Notes: generated by a model not told the origin, from the sequence alone. Positions 17,373 to 27,902 are shown, numbered from the stretch's first letter. The stretch is DNA of 64,000 nt from Berkelbacteria bacterium GW2011_GWE1_39_12 (GCA_001029735.1 CP011213.1:848298-912297), one strand, 5' to 3'. Program-made: numbers and translations.

Positions 17373-19350
17373 TATACCTTGCGTCAACGCAAATGGCTCC
17401 ACCACTTGTCATTTTAACCGGATTCAAATCAAGCTCAATGATATTTGGAAAGTCGGTCATAATTTGACAAACTTCGATAATTATATTTTTGATACTCGAG
17501 AGATCGAAATTTTCTTTAATTAAAATTCTACCTATCTTCGTTTCCTTAATCATCTCCTCAAGATCATACTCTGTCAAGGGCATAATTTTTGTAGAAATAT
17601 CATCAATATCTTCAGTAAAAACACCGCCCCAGCCAAATGTAACGACCGTACCAAGTTTTTCTTCACGCTTTGCCCCTATGATTACTTCGAACGGAGAGTT
17701 GACCATTCTTTGAATCAAAACTGGGTAACCGACTTTTTCTACAGACTGCTTTAGATATGATTCACTTTGTACATCTAAAACGACTTTTCCGGCCTTAAAT
17801 TTATGTACAAACTTTTTGGAAATACATTTTACCGCTAATGGAAAGCCGATTCTTCCGGCGATTTTCATAACAACGTCGATATTTGTGGCTATCCCAGAAG
17901 GGGGGATGGGTATGTTATAATTCTCGAGAAGCTCCAAGGCGTCGATTTCTGGAATAGGACAGTTTTGAGAAGCGGTCATCTCGATAAATGATTTTGGATG
18001 AGAATTTTTTTCTTGATATTTAGTAACTTTAGCAATAGCTCTAACTGCATCTTCCGGCTCCTCAAAAAACGGAACCTTTTCTTTTCTGAGTATTTCAATT
18101 CCTTTTTTGACCATTTTATCACCGAGAAAAGACGCGACGATCACTTTGTTACTGGTTTTATATTTGGCTAAGACTTTAGCTGTTTCTTCAACCTCTGTCA
18201 TGGTTTGAGGTGTTAGCAATACCAATATTGATGAAATACTATCTTCTCCAATAAGGGCTCTTAAGCCTATTTCATAATCTTTAGCCAAGGCTTCGCCGGC
18301 CAAATCAAGCGGGTTCGAAATGGAACCAACTGGCGGAAGAGATTTTTTAAGTATACTGATGGTTTTTTCAGAAAGCGGCGGCATACGCAAACCAATTTTA
18401 CTGGCAACATCGGTACTTAAAATACCAGGCCCGCCCGCATTAGTTAATATAGCTAAATCTTTTTTATTTACCGCAGGTTCAGTGGCAAAAATTTGTAATA
18501 GATTGAGCATCTCTTTAATACTCTTGGCAACAATTAAATTACCTTGACTAAAAATCGCTTGGTCAATTTTTTCGGAAGTCACCATTGCCGCCGTGTGAGA
18601 AAAAGCGGCTACTGCGCCTTGCTTAGTAGTACCACCTTTCAAAATGATAATTGGCTTTTTTTCCGAAACTTTTCTAGCAACTTCAAAAAATCTTTTTGGA
18701 TTCGCAATATTTTCTAAATAAAGAGCGATAATCTTAGTTTCTTTATCTTCGCCAAGATATTCAATAATCTCTGATTCTTCTAGATCAGCCTTATTTCCTA
18801 AACTAATAAATTTTGAAAATCCAAACTCGTATGATTCGGCCATGTCAAGCAAGGCTACACCTAAAGCTCCCGATTGAAAAACCGCTGACACACTGCCTCT
18901 GGTAAGGCTTGGAGCAGCAAAGGTCGCATTTAAGTTACATTCACTGCTTATAATGCCAAGGCAATTCGGCCCGACGAGTCGTAGGGGAGAGGTTTTAATA
19001 ATAACATCTTTAATTTCTTCCTGAAGAATTTTTCCTTTTTCACCGATTTCCGAAAAACCTGCCGAGATTACCACTGCATAGCTAATATTTGCTGCCACAC
19101 ATTCTTGTAATACTTCCGGCACAATGTTCGCAGGAACCACGATAATTGCCAAATCGATTGTCTCGTTAATATCTTTTACTGTCCGGAAAGTTTCTAGACC
19201 TAGTATTTCATTAGCCGTCGGATTAATTGGAAAAATTTTACCTTTGTAACCATTGTTAATTATATTACCCAATACTTGGTAACCAAGTTTTTCTTTGTGC
19301 GGCGACGCACCAATAACTGCAATATTTCCTGGATTAAATAGTTTTTCCAC
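17359..19350 (-). CDS. acetate--CoA ligase (ADP-forming), fused alpha/beta (ACD)
   Basis: 663 aa with CoA-binding N-domain (...IAVIGASPHKEKLGYQV...), succinyl-CoA-synthetase-like flavodoxin domain and ATP-grasp C-domain. Confidence 0.9.
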   Translation of the reverse strand: MEKLFNPGNIAVIGASPHKEKLGYQVLGNIINNGYKGKIFPINPTANEILGLETFRTVKDINETIDLAIIVVPANIVPEVLQECVAANISYAVVISAGFSEIGEKGKILQEEIKDVIIKTSPLRLVGPNCLGIISSECNLNATFAAPSLTRGSVSAVFQSGALGVALLDMAESYEFGFSKFISLGNKADLEESEIIEYLGEDKETKIIALYLENIANPKRFFEVARKVSEKKPIIILKGGTTKQGAVAAFSHTAAMVTSEKIDQAIFSQGNLIVAKSIKEMLNLLQIFATEPAVNKKDLAILTNAGGPGILSTDVASKIGLRMPPLSEKTISILKKSLPPVGSISNPLDLAGEALAKDYEIGLRALIGEDSISSILVLLTPQTMTEVEETAKVLAKYKTSNKVIVASFLGDKMVKKGIEILRKEKVPFFEEPEDAVRAIAKVTKYQEKNSHPKSFIEMTASQNCPIPEIDALELLENYNIPIPPSGIATNIDVVMKIAGRIGFPLAVKCISKKFVHKFKAGKVVLDVQSESYLKQSVEKVGYPVLIQRMVNSPFEVIIGAKREEKLGTVVTFGWGGVFTEDIDDISTKIMPLTEYDLEEMIKETKIGRILIKENFDLSSIKNIIIEVCQIMTDFPNIIELDLNPVKMTSGGAICVDARYRSAS

Positions 19351-19352
19351 AA

Positions 19353-20966
19353 TTACTCCAATCTATTCAGCAGCGAATGTCCTGTCATTTGCGCTGGTTT
19401 AGGTATTTCTAAAAGTTGTAAAATTGTCGGCGCGATATCTGCTAAACTGTCGGTTGCTGAAATAATTTTGCTCAAAGCATTTGGTCCATACGAAAGCGAT
19501 GTTCTGATTAAATCTTTTTTTGCGTCATTTTTTACCATAATAAACGGCACAGGATTTAACGTGTGCATTGTCTCCCTCTCTCCAACATCACTTTGATTTA
19601 TATTAACCATTTGTTCCGCATTACCATGATCTGCTGTAATAATGGTCACCCCGCCAACCGATCTATTTGCTTTCACAATCTGACCTACTTGTTCATCCAA
19701 AGACTGGACTGCTTGACCAACTGCAATGATATTCCCTGTATGAGCAATCATGTCTACATTAGCAAAATTCAACACAATTAAGTCATATTTTCTTGATTTG
19801 ATAGCCGAAAGTGTCGCCGAAGTAATTTGTCTCGAAGACATTTCTGGCTTTAAATCATACGAAGCAACCTTTGGCGACGAAATTATCTTCCTTTCTTCAC
19901 CAGGATAAGCTTCTTCTTGACCACCATTTAAAAAGTAGGTAACATGGGCCATTTTTTCTGATTCAGCAATTTTTAACTGTTTGCCATTACTTTTTGAGAC
20001 AACTTCAGAAAGATTATTGGCGTAAATTTCATCTGGAAAAGCAACTTTAGCCGGCAGATCTTTTTGATAATTTGTAAAACCGCAGAAATATAAATTTTCA
20101 ACTTTTTTTGGTCTAAAGAAAAAAGTTTTAAATTTAGAATCAAGAAAAACTTTTGCCAATTGGCGAGCGCGATCCTCTCTAAAGTTAAAGAAAATAACAG
20201 CATCACCAGCTTTGATAGGATTAATTTTTCCGTCTTTATCTTTGATAAGCGTCGGCTCGATATATTCGTCTGTTAAATTATTCCTATAGCTCTCAGAAAT
20301 CGCGCTTTCAATTTTATCGGAAATTTTACCATTTCCTTCAGTTAGGGCAAGATAATATTTTTTAATTTTATCCCAGTTCTCATCTCGGTCCATGGCGGTA
20401 TTTCTTCCGCAAACACTGCCAAATTGACCAATCTTAACGTCATCCATTTTTACGCGAATTTTTTCAATAAAATTCAAAGCCTGGGTTGGTCCAGTATCAG
20501 TTCCGTCAGTAATTGCATCAATAAATACCCGGTCAAAATCTTGTCGGTGAGCCATTTCGAGTAAAGCGAGTAAATGCGAGATATCGGAATGCACGCCACC
20601 GTTAGAAATCATACCGATCAAGTGAACATTGCTATTATTTTGTTTTGCCCAAGCAAATGCTCCAGCTAATTGCTGGTTTTTGTAAAATGTTCGCCCAATT
20701 ATTTCTTGATTAATACGAGTATGAGGACTTTTAACAGACCGTCCAGCGCCAATCATTAAATGGCCCAAGCGCGACTCGCCGACGACATTGCCATATTCGA
20801 TTGCCCCAAGTGCTTGCAGAATCTTGTGGGGATAATTGCGCCAAAGATTATCAATATTTTTCGGATTATTCATGACTAAAGCATTACCACCCCAAGAAGG
20901 TGATAAGCCCCAACCATCTAATATCATTAAAACTACAGGTCTATTCTTCTGCATTTGCCCCTCCAA
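19353..20966 (-). CDS. gpmI: 2,3-bisphosphoglycerate-independent phosphoglycerate mutase paralog 1 (most divergent)
   Basis: ...LMILDGWGLSP..., ...GESRLGHLMIGAGR..., ...ITADHGNAEQM..., ...DMIAHTG... iPGM/alkaline-phosphatase-superfamily motifs. Confidence 0.85.
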   Translation of the reverse strand: MEGQMQKNRPVVLMILDGWGLSPSWGGNALVMNNPKNIDNLWRNYPHKILQALGAIEYGNVVGESRLGHLMIGAGRSVKSPHTRINQEIIGRTFYKNQQLAGAFAWAKQNNSNVHLIGMISNGGVHSDISHLLALLEMAHRQDFDRVFIDAITDGTDTGPTQALNFIEKIRVKMDDVKIGQFGSVCGRNTAMDRDENWDKIKKYYLALTEGNGKISDKIESAISESYRNNLTDEYIEPTLIKDKDGKINPIKAGDAVIFFNFREDRARQLAKVFLDSKFKTFFFRPKKVENLYFCGFTNYQKDLPAKVAFPDEIYANNLSEVVSKSNGKQLKIAESEKMAHVTYFLNGGQEEAYPGEERKIISSPKVASYDLKPEMSSRQITSATLSAIKSRKYDLIVLNFANVDMIAHTGNIIAVGQAVQSLDEQVGQIVKANRSVGGVTIITADHGNAEQMVNINQSDVGERETMHTLNPVPFIMVKNDAKKDLIRTSLSYGPNALSKIISATDSLADIAPTILQLLEIPKPAQMTGHSLLNRLE

Positions 20967-20971
20967 CCAAT

Positions 20972-22525
20972 TTAACTAATCAGACTTTCCCCAGTCATTT
21001 CCATCGGTTTTTGCAAATCCATAATTTGCAATACTGTTGGTGCAATATCGGAAAGTTTCAACGTTTGATCACCAACTGCTTGTCTTAGTGGTCTTTGAAA
21101 ATTCGGGTCTTTAGAAATCATCATAAACGGCACTGGGCTAGCAGTATGCTCGGTGTAATTTTCACCCGTATTTGGATTCAGCATCTGTTCCGCATTGCCA
21201 TGATCAGCCGTAATTAATAAGACAACATCTTTATCGATACTTCTACTTACTATTTTACCAATAAGTTCGTCTAATTTCTCGCAAGCCCTTATTGCAGCTT
21301 TGATATTTCCAGTATGTCCAACCATATCGGCGTTCGCAAAATTACAGACTATAAAATCATATTTTCCAATTGCCCCCATGACTTTGTCAGCTACGTCATC
21401 TGCTGCCATCTCTGGCTTAAGATCGAAAGTTGCCACTTTTGGCGAATGTACCAAAATACGATCTTCTCCTGGAAAAGGAGCTTCACGACTACCATTAAAA
21501 AAGAAAGTAACATGGGCGTATTTTTCAGTTTCTGCAATATGAAGTTGCTTTAATCCCGCATCTGAAATCACTTTGGCCAAAGGATTATTGATATCATGGC
21601 GATGGAAAACCGGTTTTACTAGATTACCATCTGCATATTCGTCCAAGTAGGCGAAAGAGGCAAAGTAAATATTTTGCAATTTCTTCTTTCGATCAAAGCC
21701 TTTAAAATTATGAGTAACCAAGCTTTCCGTTAATTCTCTGGTTCGTTCTGCTCTAAAATTGAAAAATATTATAGAATCGTTGTCAGCGATCGGAACAAAA
21801 GGACTTTCCGGCTTATTAATCGCCGTTGGCAAAATAAACTCATCGGTTTTATTCTGTCTATAATTTTCAGAAATAGCTTTTTGAACGCTCAATGATTGTG
21901 GACCGATCCCTTGAGTTAAGATATCATATGATTTTTGAATTCTATCCCAATGTTTATCTCTATCCATCGCCCAATAACGCCCAGAGACAGATTCTACTTT
22001 ACCAATACCAATTTCCTTAATTTTATCTTCTAGTTCCGATAAGTAAGATAGGGCTTTCATCGGATCAGTATCTCTGCCGTCAGTAATCATATGAATGTAA
22101 GCATTTTGCACTTGTTGTTTTTTTGCCATTTCCAATAAAGCATAGAGGTGATCAATGTGCGAGTGGATCCCGCCGTCAGAAACCAACCCGATCAAATGCA
22201 AATTGGATTGATTTTGTTTAACTTGAGTAAAAGCACCAAGTAAAACTTCGTTGCTGAAAAAAGATCCATCGTTAATTGCAGTAGTAATGCCCGGCAGATT
22301 TTGAAAAACAATTTGGCCACTACCGATGTTTAAATGACCGACCTCTGAATTTCCGTTTTCATGCCTTGGCAAACCAACTGATTCTTCGGCTGCTTTTAAT
22401 GCGGTATGAGGATACTTACGCCAAATTTCATCTAATAACGGTGTTTCGGACATTTCGATTGCATTGCCACCCCATGCCGGCGCCAAGCCCCAACCATCCA
22501 AAATCACCAATACAACTTTTTTCAT
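20972..22525 (-). CDS. gpmI: 2,3-bisphosphoglycerate-independent phosphoglycerate mutase paralog 2
   Basis: ...VILDGWGLAP..., ...NGNSEVGHLNIGSG..., ...ITADHGNAEQM..., ...DMVGHTG... Confidence 0.9.
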   Translation of the reverse strand: MKKVVLVILDGWGLAPAWGGNAIEMSETPLLDEIWRKYPHTALKAAEESVGLPRHENGNSEVGHLNIGSGQIVFQNLPGITTAINDGSFFSNEVLLGAFTQVKQNQSNLHLIGLVSDGGIHSHIDHLYALLEMAKKQQVQNAYIHMITDGRDTDPMKALSYLSELEDKIKEIGIGKVESVSGRYWAMDRDKHWDRIQKSYDILTQGIGPQSLSVQKAISENYRQNKTDEFILPTAINKPESPFVPIADNDSIIFFNFRAERTRELTESLVTHNFKGFDRKKKLQNIYFASFAYLDEYADGNLVKPVFHRHDINNPLAKVISDAGLKQLHIAETEKYAHVTFFFNGSREAPFPGEDRILVHSPKVATFDLKPEMAADDVADKVMGAIGKYDFIVCNFANADMVGHTGNIKAAIRACEKLDELIGKIVSRSIDKDVVLLITADHGNAEQMLNPNTGENYTEHTASPVPFMMISKDPNFQRPLRQAVGDQTLKLSDIAPTVLQIMDLQKPMEMTGESLIS

Positions 22526-22556
22526 TATCTAGTATTCCTTTGTTTAATTAGAATTA

Positions 22557-24098
22557 TTATATTACTTGACTTAAATCCTGTCCTGTTACTATTTCTGGCT
22601 GATTTAAGCCCAAGCGATTAATTACAGTTGCAGTCACATCGGCCAGAACCCCAATTGGTTCTGTTGTAGCACTGGCTAATTTGGTATCCAAATTAACAGT
22701 CACAGGCCTTTGATTAATTTTTTCCTGAAAACAAAGCAATAAAGGAACAGGATTAATTGTATGTTCCTTGTCAACTTCGCCGGTTTGTAAATTGATCATC
22801 TGCTCGGCATTGCCATGATCGGCTGTCACCAACAAGTCACCACCAGCATTCAAAACCGCTTGAGCTAATTTACCCAAACAATTATCAACTTTTGCCACTG
22901 CTTTTTGCGTTGCCGCCAAAATACCTGTATGGCCAACCATATCAGCATTAGCAAAGTTTAAAACAGTAAAATTTGGTTTATTTTTCTGGAAATATTCGAT
23001 AAATTTAGCGGTTAATTCATCGGCCGACATTTCTGGCTTTAAATCGTAAGTAGCAACTTTTGGCGATGGCACCACAATCCGCTCTTCACCGGCAAACGGA
23101 GCTTCCCAGCCACCATTAAAGAAATAGGTAACATGGGCGTATTTTTCTGTTTCAGCAATATGCAATTGAGTTAATTTAGCACTACTTAAAACCATTGCCA
23201 ACTGGTCCGTAACTTTATCAGCTAAAAAGGCAACTTTAACTAGCGGCGTTGGTTCGTGACCATAACTGGTAAATGACGCAAAATAAATTTCTGGAATATT
23301 TATTAGTTCATCAGAAATTTGTCTAGCCCTATCCGAACGAAAATTATAAAAGATGACAGCATCTTTTGACTTTATTCTGGCAGTATTACCGATTTTAGTG
23401 GGCTCGATAAATTCATCAGTTTTTCCGGCGGCATAGGAATCATTGATTGCTTTTTCTATCGTTTCAGCAGTCGGCGAGCTATCTGATGTTAAAATATTGA
23501 ATGCTTTTCGAGTACGTTCAACGCGTTTATCACGATCCATACCATAAAAACGGCCCATGACCGAGGCAATTTTGCCTACTCCGGTTTGAGTAATTTTTGC
23601 TTGGAGTTTTGGCAAATCACTTAAAATGGTTTTTGGAGCGGTGTCACGGCCATCGGTTATTACATGGATATAAACCTCGGTAAAATTTTGCAATTTTGCC
23701 AAATCAATTAAAGCCAATAAATGGTTAATATGCGCATGTACTCCACCCGAAGAACAAAGACCCAAAAGGTGGACTTTGGTGTTATTCTGCTTGGCATAAT
23801 TAAATGCGTCAACTAATTCCTTATTAACAAAAAAGGTTTTATCGGCAATGCTTTTATCAATTCGAGGTAAATCTTGCATAACAACACGACCGGTGCCTAG
23901 ATTTAAATGGCCAACTTCAGAATTTCCCATTTCGCCCCACTCCAAACCAACTTCTTCACCAGAAGCATGAAGGCTAGTACTAGGAAACATCGATAGTAAT
24001 TTATCATAATTTGGCGTCGGCGTTGAAAAAACGGCGTTTCCTTTTGTCTCCACGCTCAGACCCCAACCATCTAATATTGCTAAAACTAAAGGCCTCAA
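22557..24098 (-). CDS. gpmI: 2,3-bisphosphoglycerate-independent phosphoglycerate mutase paralog 3
   Basis: ...AILDGWGLS..., ...MGNSEVGHLNLGTGR..., ...VTADHGNAEQM..., ...DMVGHTG... Confidence 0.9.
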   Translation of the reverse strand: MRPLVLAILDGWGLSVETKGNAVFSTPTPNYDKLLSMFPSTSLHASGEEVGLEWGEMGNSEVGHLNLGTGRVVMQDLPRIDKSIADKTFFVNKELVDAFNYAKQNNTKVHLLGLCSSGGVHAHINHLLALIDLAKLQNFTEVYIHVITDGRDTAPKTILSDLPKLQAKITQTGVGKIASVMGRFYGMDRDKRVERTRKAFNILTSDSSPTAETIEKAINDSYAAGKTDEFIEPTKIGNTARIKSKDAVIFYNFRSDRARQISDELINIPEIYFASFTSYGHEPTPLVKVAFLADKVTDQLAMVLSSAKLTQLHIAETEKYAHVTYFFNGGWEAPFAGEERIVVPSPKVATYDLKPEMSADELTAKFIEYFQKNKPNFTVLNFANADMVGHTGILAATQKAVAKVDNCLGKLAQAVLNAGGDLLVTADHGNAEQMINLQTGEVDKEHTINPVPLLLCFQEKINQRPVTVNLDTKLASATTEPIGVLADVTATVINRLGLNQPEIVTGQDLSQVI

Positions 24099-24126
24099 AA
24101 ACCCTCCTTGCGGCAGCTGTGTCGCA

Positions 24127-25290
24127 TCATGTTAATTCACTGGCGATCTCTTCCAACCGTTTGTATTTAATCTCCCTTTCGGACGCAAATGGGGCACCAG
24201 CCTTCAGATATTTGGCCGCCGTACCTACGGCCAAGTCTGAAATATATGAATCCATTGTTTCGCCAGATCGATGTGATAGAATATGGACGAAATCTGCTTT
24301 TTTAGCTAAGGAAATAACCTTTAAAGTCTCTGTTAAAGTACCGGTTTGATTCACCTTCACTATCATAGCGTTAGCGGCAAAGTTTTCGATCCCTGCCTCC
24401 AAACGTTCTTTACTTGTAACAAAAAGGTCGTCACCAACTAATAAATAATCCTTGCCTTTACGATCTAATTCAAGCTTTAATTCTGCCCAATGATCTATTT
24501 TGTCTTCAGGTGCTGGATCTTCAATTGAATAGATCGGGAAGTTATCAAGCATATGCAAAATATCTTCATTTGAAATATTGCAGTAATTGGCCGCTATATC
24601 TAATCCGATCATTATATCTTTAGAAACGCTTAATTTTGAAATTTCGATGGCGCTTTGCAATAAATCAATGGCATCTTCGTCATAGTTTAGTTTTGGTGAA
24701 AAACCGCCCTCTAAACCAAGATCGGGCTCTAACCCTTGTGAAGTAATAAGTTCTCTCAATGTGTGCCAGATTTTTTTGCCATGTTCAAGTTTTCCGATGA
24801 CTAATATTTCTTGAAGACAAAGCTTGTTTTTGGCATGCTTTCCACCTTCAATCATCACCATCATCGGAGTAGGTAGCGACGGTTCAATTTCTTCACCACA
24901 AATTCTTGAATACAGTTTATTAATGTACCAGTAAAGAGGCATTTTTTCCGTAAGAGCCGCCACTCTGGAAAGGGCAAGTGAAACACCTAATATTGTGTTT
25001 GCTCCTAAACTTGATTTATCGCCAGTTCCATCCATATCCAACATTAACTGATCGATGCCAAATTGATCTAACGGATCAAGCCCAATAATTTTAGGTTTAA
25101 TAGTTTGATTAATTGTATTCACGGCAATTTCGGGCTTAACCGGAATCGATTCAAAGCTACCAGTCGAAATACCACTCGGAACAGAATCAGTTGCCATTAA
25201 CCCATCGTCCGTAGAAATTTCTACTTCTAAAGTCGGCTCGCCTCGCGAATCGAGAATTTCTCTAGCGTTGACATCGGTTATTTTAGACAA
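24127..25290 (-). CDS. eno: enolase (short, divergent)
   Basis: MSKITDVNAREILDSRGEPTLEVE..., ...SHRSGET... enolase signature; 387 aa. Confidence 0.85.
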   Translation of the reverse strand: MSKITDVNAREILDSRGEPTLEVEISTDDGLMATDSVPSGISTGSFESIPVKPEIAVNTINQTIKPKIIGLDPLDQFGIDQLMLDMDGTGDKSSLGANTILGVSLALSRVAALTEKMPLYWYINKLYSRICGEEIEPSLPTPMMVMIEGGKHAKNKLCLQEILVIGKLEHGKKIWHTLRELITSQGLEPDLGLEGGFSPKLNYDEDAIDLLQSAIEISKLSVSKDIMIGLDIAANYCNISNEDILHMLDNFPIYSIEDPAPEDKIDHWAELKLELDRKGKDYLLVGDDLFVTSKERLEAGIENFAANAMIVKVNQTGTLTETLKVISLAKKADFVHILSHRSGETMDSYISDLAVGTAAKYLKAGAPFASEREIKYKRLEEIASELT

Positions 25291-25319
25291 CTTACCCTTC
25301 CTTTTTTTTGAGAAACGAA

Positions 25320-26456
25320 CTATTCTTTAAACGGTTCGTCGGCTAATTTACCCTTCAAAAACTTTATGATTTCCACGGGATTTGGTTCAATATTGTTCAA
25401 GATAGCTAAATAATATGAGATATAATCTCCCAGCATTATCATCTGCAATATTTCGGAAATTTCCGATCCGGACGGTTGGACAAGCAGTGTTTCGTAAGGA
25501 ATTCTTTTTTGCTCTAAAATTTGTGCTGTAATATTTTCACGTAATTTATTTCTCGCGTGGTCATACTTTGACTGTAAAATAATAAAGAAAAGTTTCTGCC
25601 TGATATCAGTAGGGAATTCTAAACCAACTAGGGAATTGTGGTTTAACTCGGGAATCGTTTCATAATAGGACGCGGTTTTTGAATTTTCATTGAATTGACC
25701 TTTGAAACGCCTGGCTACTTCAGTCATAATGCCGGCGCCATAGATTATCGGGAAACGCCCGTTTAATTTCTGGGCTAAAACCTTTGTGATATTTCGTCTC
25801 TCAGGAACCTCAACATCGATCTTTTGCTTTAAAGCGCGAAGCAATAAAACCGCTTCCTTAATATCGTCATCTGTTATTTCGATAATATTTAATTTTTTAA
25901 AAATAGCCAAAATACTTGTTAAGCCATAGCCCAACGCCGCTCGCGGCTGACTGCCATAATGAATTTGATAGTGAAGAGCTCTTTTTTGACTGCCAATGGA
26001 ATATATTCTACCACCAGTTGAAATAGTGATAAGTTTTTCGGTTTTACCAACCGCTTGAGAAAAAGCATTAATTGTTTCTTCGGTTTCACCAGAATACGAC
26101 ACGGCGATAACTAAAGTATTTTTATCTACCCAGCCTGGAATATCATAATCTCGTAAAATGACAACCGGAATCTGTGATTTGGTCGCCATTTGAGCAACAA
26201 TACCGCCACCTTGAGCCGAACCGCCCATACCTAGAATTAAAATTGATTTTGCGTTTATATAAGGAGTTGGCAAGGCGATATTTTTCCAATCGTCCCAACA
26301 TTTTTCCACTTGATCAGGAAAGTCCTGAATATTTCCCAGTATATTTTCTTCATCAAGTTTTTTCATTGCTTGTATATTATCTAAATTAGCCACTTGGCTC
26401 CTTTCGATTGATTGTTTAAAAATGCCACAATTTTGAAAAACTGCTTTTGTCTTCAT
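25320..26456 (-). CDS. bifunctional phosphoglucose/phosphomannose isomerase (SIS-domain, archaeal-type); true start may be the internal Met near 26366
   Basis: ...ILILGMGGSAQGG... and ...VSYSGETEE... SIS motifs; C-terminal PGI/PMI domain. Confidence 0.7.
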   Translation of the reverse strand: MKTKAVFQNCGIFKQSIERSQVANLDNIQAMKKLDEENILGNIQDFPDQVEKCWDDWKNIALPTPYINAKSILILGMGGSAQGGGIVAQMATKSQIPVVILRDYDIPGWVDKNTLVIAVSYSGETEETINAFSQAVGKTEKLITISTGGRIYSIGSQKRALHYQIHYGSQPRAALGYGLTSILAIFKKLNIIEITDDDIKEAVLLLRALKQKIDVEVPERRNITKVLAQKLNGRFPIIYGAGIMTEVARRFKGQFNENSKTASYYETIPELNHNSLVGLEFPTDIRQKLFFIILQSKYDHARNKLRENITAQILEQKRIPYETLLVQPSGSEISEILQMIMLGDYISYYLAILNNIEPNPVEIIKFLKGKLADEPFKE

Positions 26457-26650
26457 ATTTAATATACCAACGGCACCTCAAAAGAGCAAGTTTTGTAAGG
26501 ACTTGTAGTTCTGAGACTGATAGCCGGTACTCTTATCAAATGTCTCATCTCTTGCAAGTTTACAACGCCTTTGACAAATAATTATATTAATGATAGCATT
26601 TAAGCTTGTGCTTTTTAGCGTTTAATGTAAAATTTAATTGAGGAGTTTAA

Positions 26651-27721
26651 ATGAATATAGAAAATGAAAGTGAAATGCTTCAGCCACCGCAAGAAAAGAA
26701 CATTGAAGAATCTTTACAGGAATACACCAGACAATGTGAGCAAGGTGAATTTGAAATCGTTAATATCAAAGAAGTGATCGTCGACGGCCTGGCTGAAGAC
26801 GAGCGCATCGGCGGTATTACAGCTGCAACCGATGAAGACCAGCGCGCCGCTGAAATTGATGTCTATAATTTTAGTAAATCCGGCAAGAATTTGATCGCTA
26901 GGTTTGATCGTCGTAACCAAAAAATCGGCGCCATAGTTGCGATTTGTGAGCCTTCCGGCGATGGCCACTATCGGCTGATTAAAGGTGCGGAAGTTCTGGA
27001 TAATTGTGAAGATCCGGTCGTAAACCGAGTCTACAACAAAGATATTACTTGCATCGTTAAGACTTTTTCAGATGAAGAAGGTGAAATTCATTGCCACGAA
27101 AATATTTTTTCTTCAAATGGCGATTTAACCAAACGTGAGCTATTGGCCACCGGTCCGATTGATGAAAAAGACATCCGGGCGCAAGAGCTGGACGATCCGA
27201 ATATCGGCCTTTTCCGCCGTCCGAAAGAAGGGGAATACGCGGACGGTCAAATTGGTTGGCAAACTGTCGAAGGGTTTGATAAAATTCAAGACGCACTTGA
27301 CGGTAAAATCGCAATGAAAATCATCAAGAAATTTGCGCCGAATGAGTGGGGCGGCATCAACGATAGTAAAAAATTAAACGACGGCAACATTTTTTATGTT
27401 GGCCACATGGCCGGTTTTGACCGCGACCGAAATGATCCGGAAGCTAAAAAACTATATTACGGCACCTGCGGAATTTTTGATCCGAAAACCGAAGAAATTG
27501 TCAGCTGGAAAATTATATTGGACGAGAAAACAATTCAAGATTTGTTAGCCAAACGTGTCGATGCAAAAAATGAGGAAATCGGTTCAGTTTGTTACATATC
27601 TTCAATTCAAAGTATTGACGAAGAAAAAGGCGAAGTTGCACTTTGCGTCAGTCTTCAAGACACAAAAGGATTTGAAATTACCCTAAAAGTTCCAATTGAA
27701 GAGTTGAAGAAGCGAACATAA
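26651..27721 (+). CDS. hypothetical acidic protein (356 aa), higher-GC islet
   Basis: Long uninterrupted ORF with codon-like periodicity; no recognisable motifs. GC well above the flanking genes. Confidence 0.55.
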   Translation: MNIENESEMLQPPQEKNIEESLQEYTRQCEQGEFEIVNIKEVIVDGLAEDERIGGITAATDEDQRAAEIDVYNFSKSGKNLIARFDRRNQKIGAIVAICEPSGDGHYRLIKGAEVLDNCEDPVVNRVYNKDITCIVKTFSDEEGEIHCHENIFSSNGDLTKRELLATGPIDEKDIRAQELDDPNIGLFRRPKEGEYADGQIGWQTVEGFDKIQDALDGKIAMKIIKKFAPNEWGGINDSKKLNDGNIFYVGHMAGFDRDRNDPEAKKLYYGTCGIFDPKTEEIVSWKIILDEKTIQDLLAKRVDAKNEEIGSVCYISSIQSIDEEKGEVALCVSLQDTKGFEITLKVPIEELKKRT

Positions 27722-27734
27722 GAGCTTAATAAAA

Positions 27735-27770
27735 ATGACAGAAAAAGTAATTTTTTTCTGTCATTTTTTT
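27735..27770. terminator. bidirectional intrinsic terminator
   Basis: ATGACAGAAAAA-gtaatt-TTTTTCTGTCAT perfect 12-bp stem flanked by A-run and T-run. Confidence 0.7.
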
Positions 27771-27902
27771 ATATAGGTTTTGAGCTAATCCGACAAGGAT
27801 CGCAGGAGTACTATAGTGCATCAGTAAGCTAAATTCATTAAATACACTAACTTATCGCTTTGATGGACCCGCCTTTAGGCATGCGGACACTCGAAAATGA
27901 CT

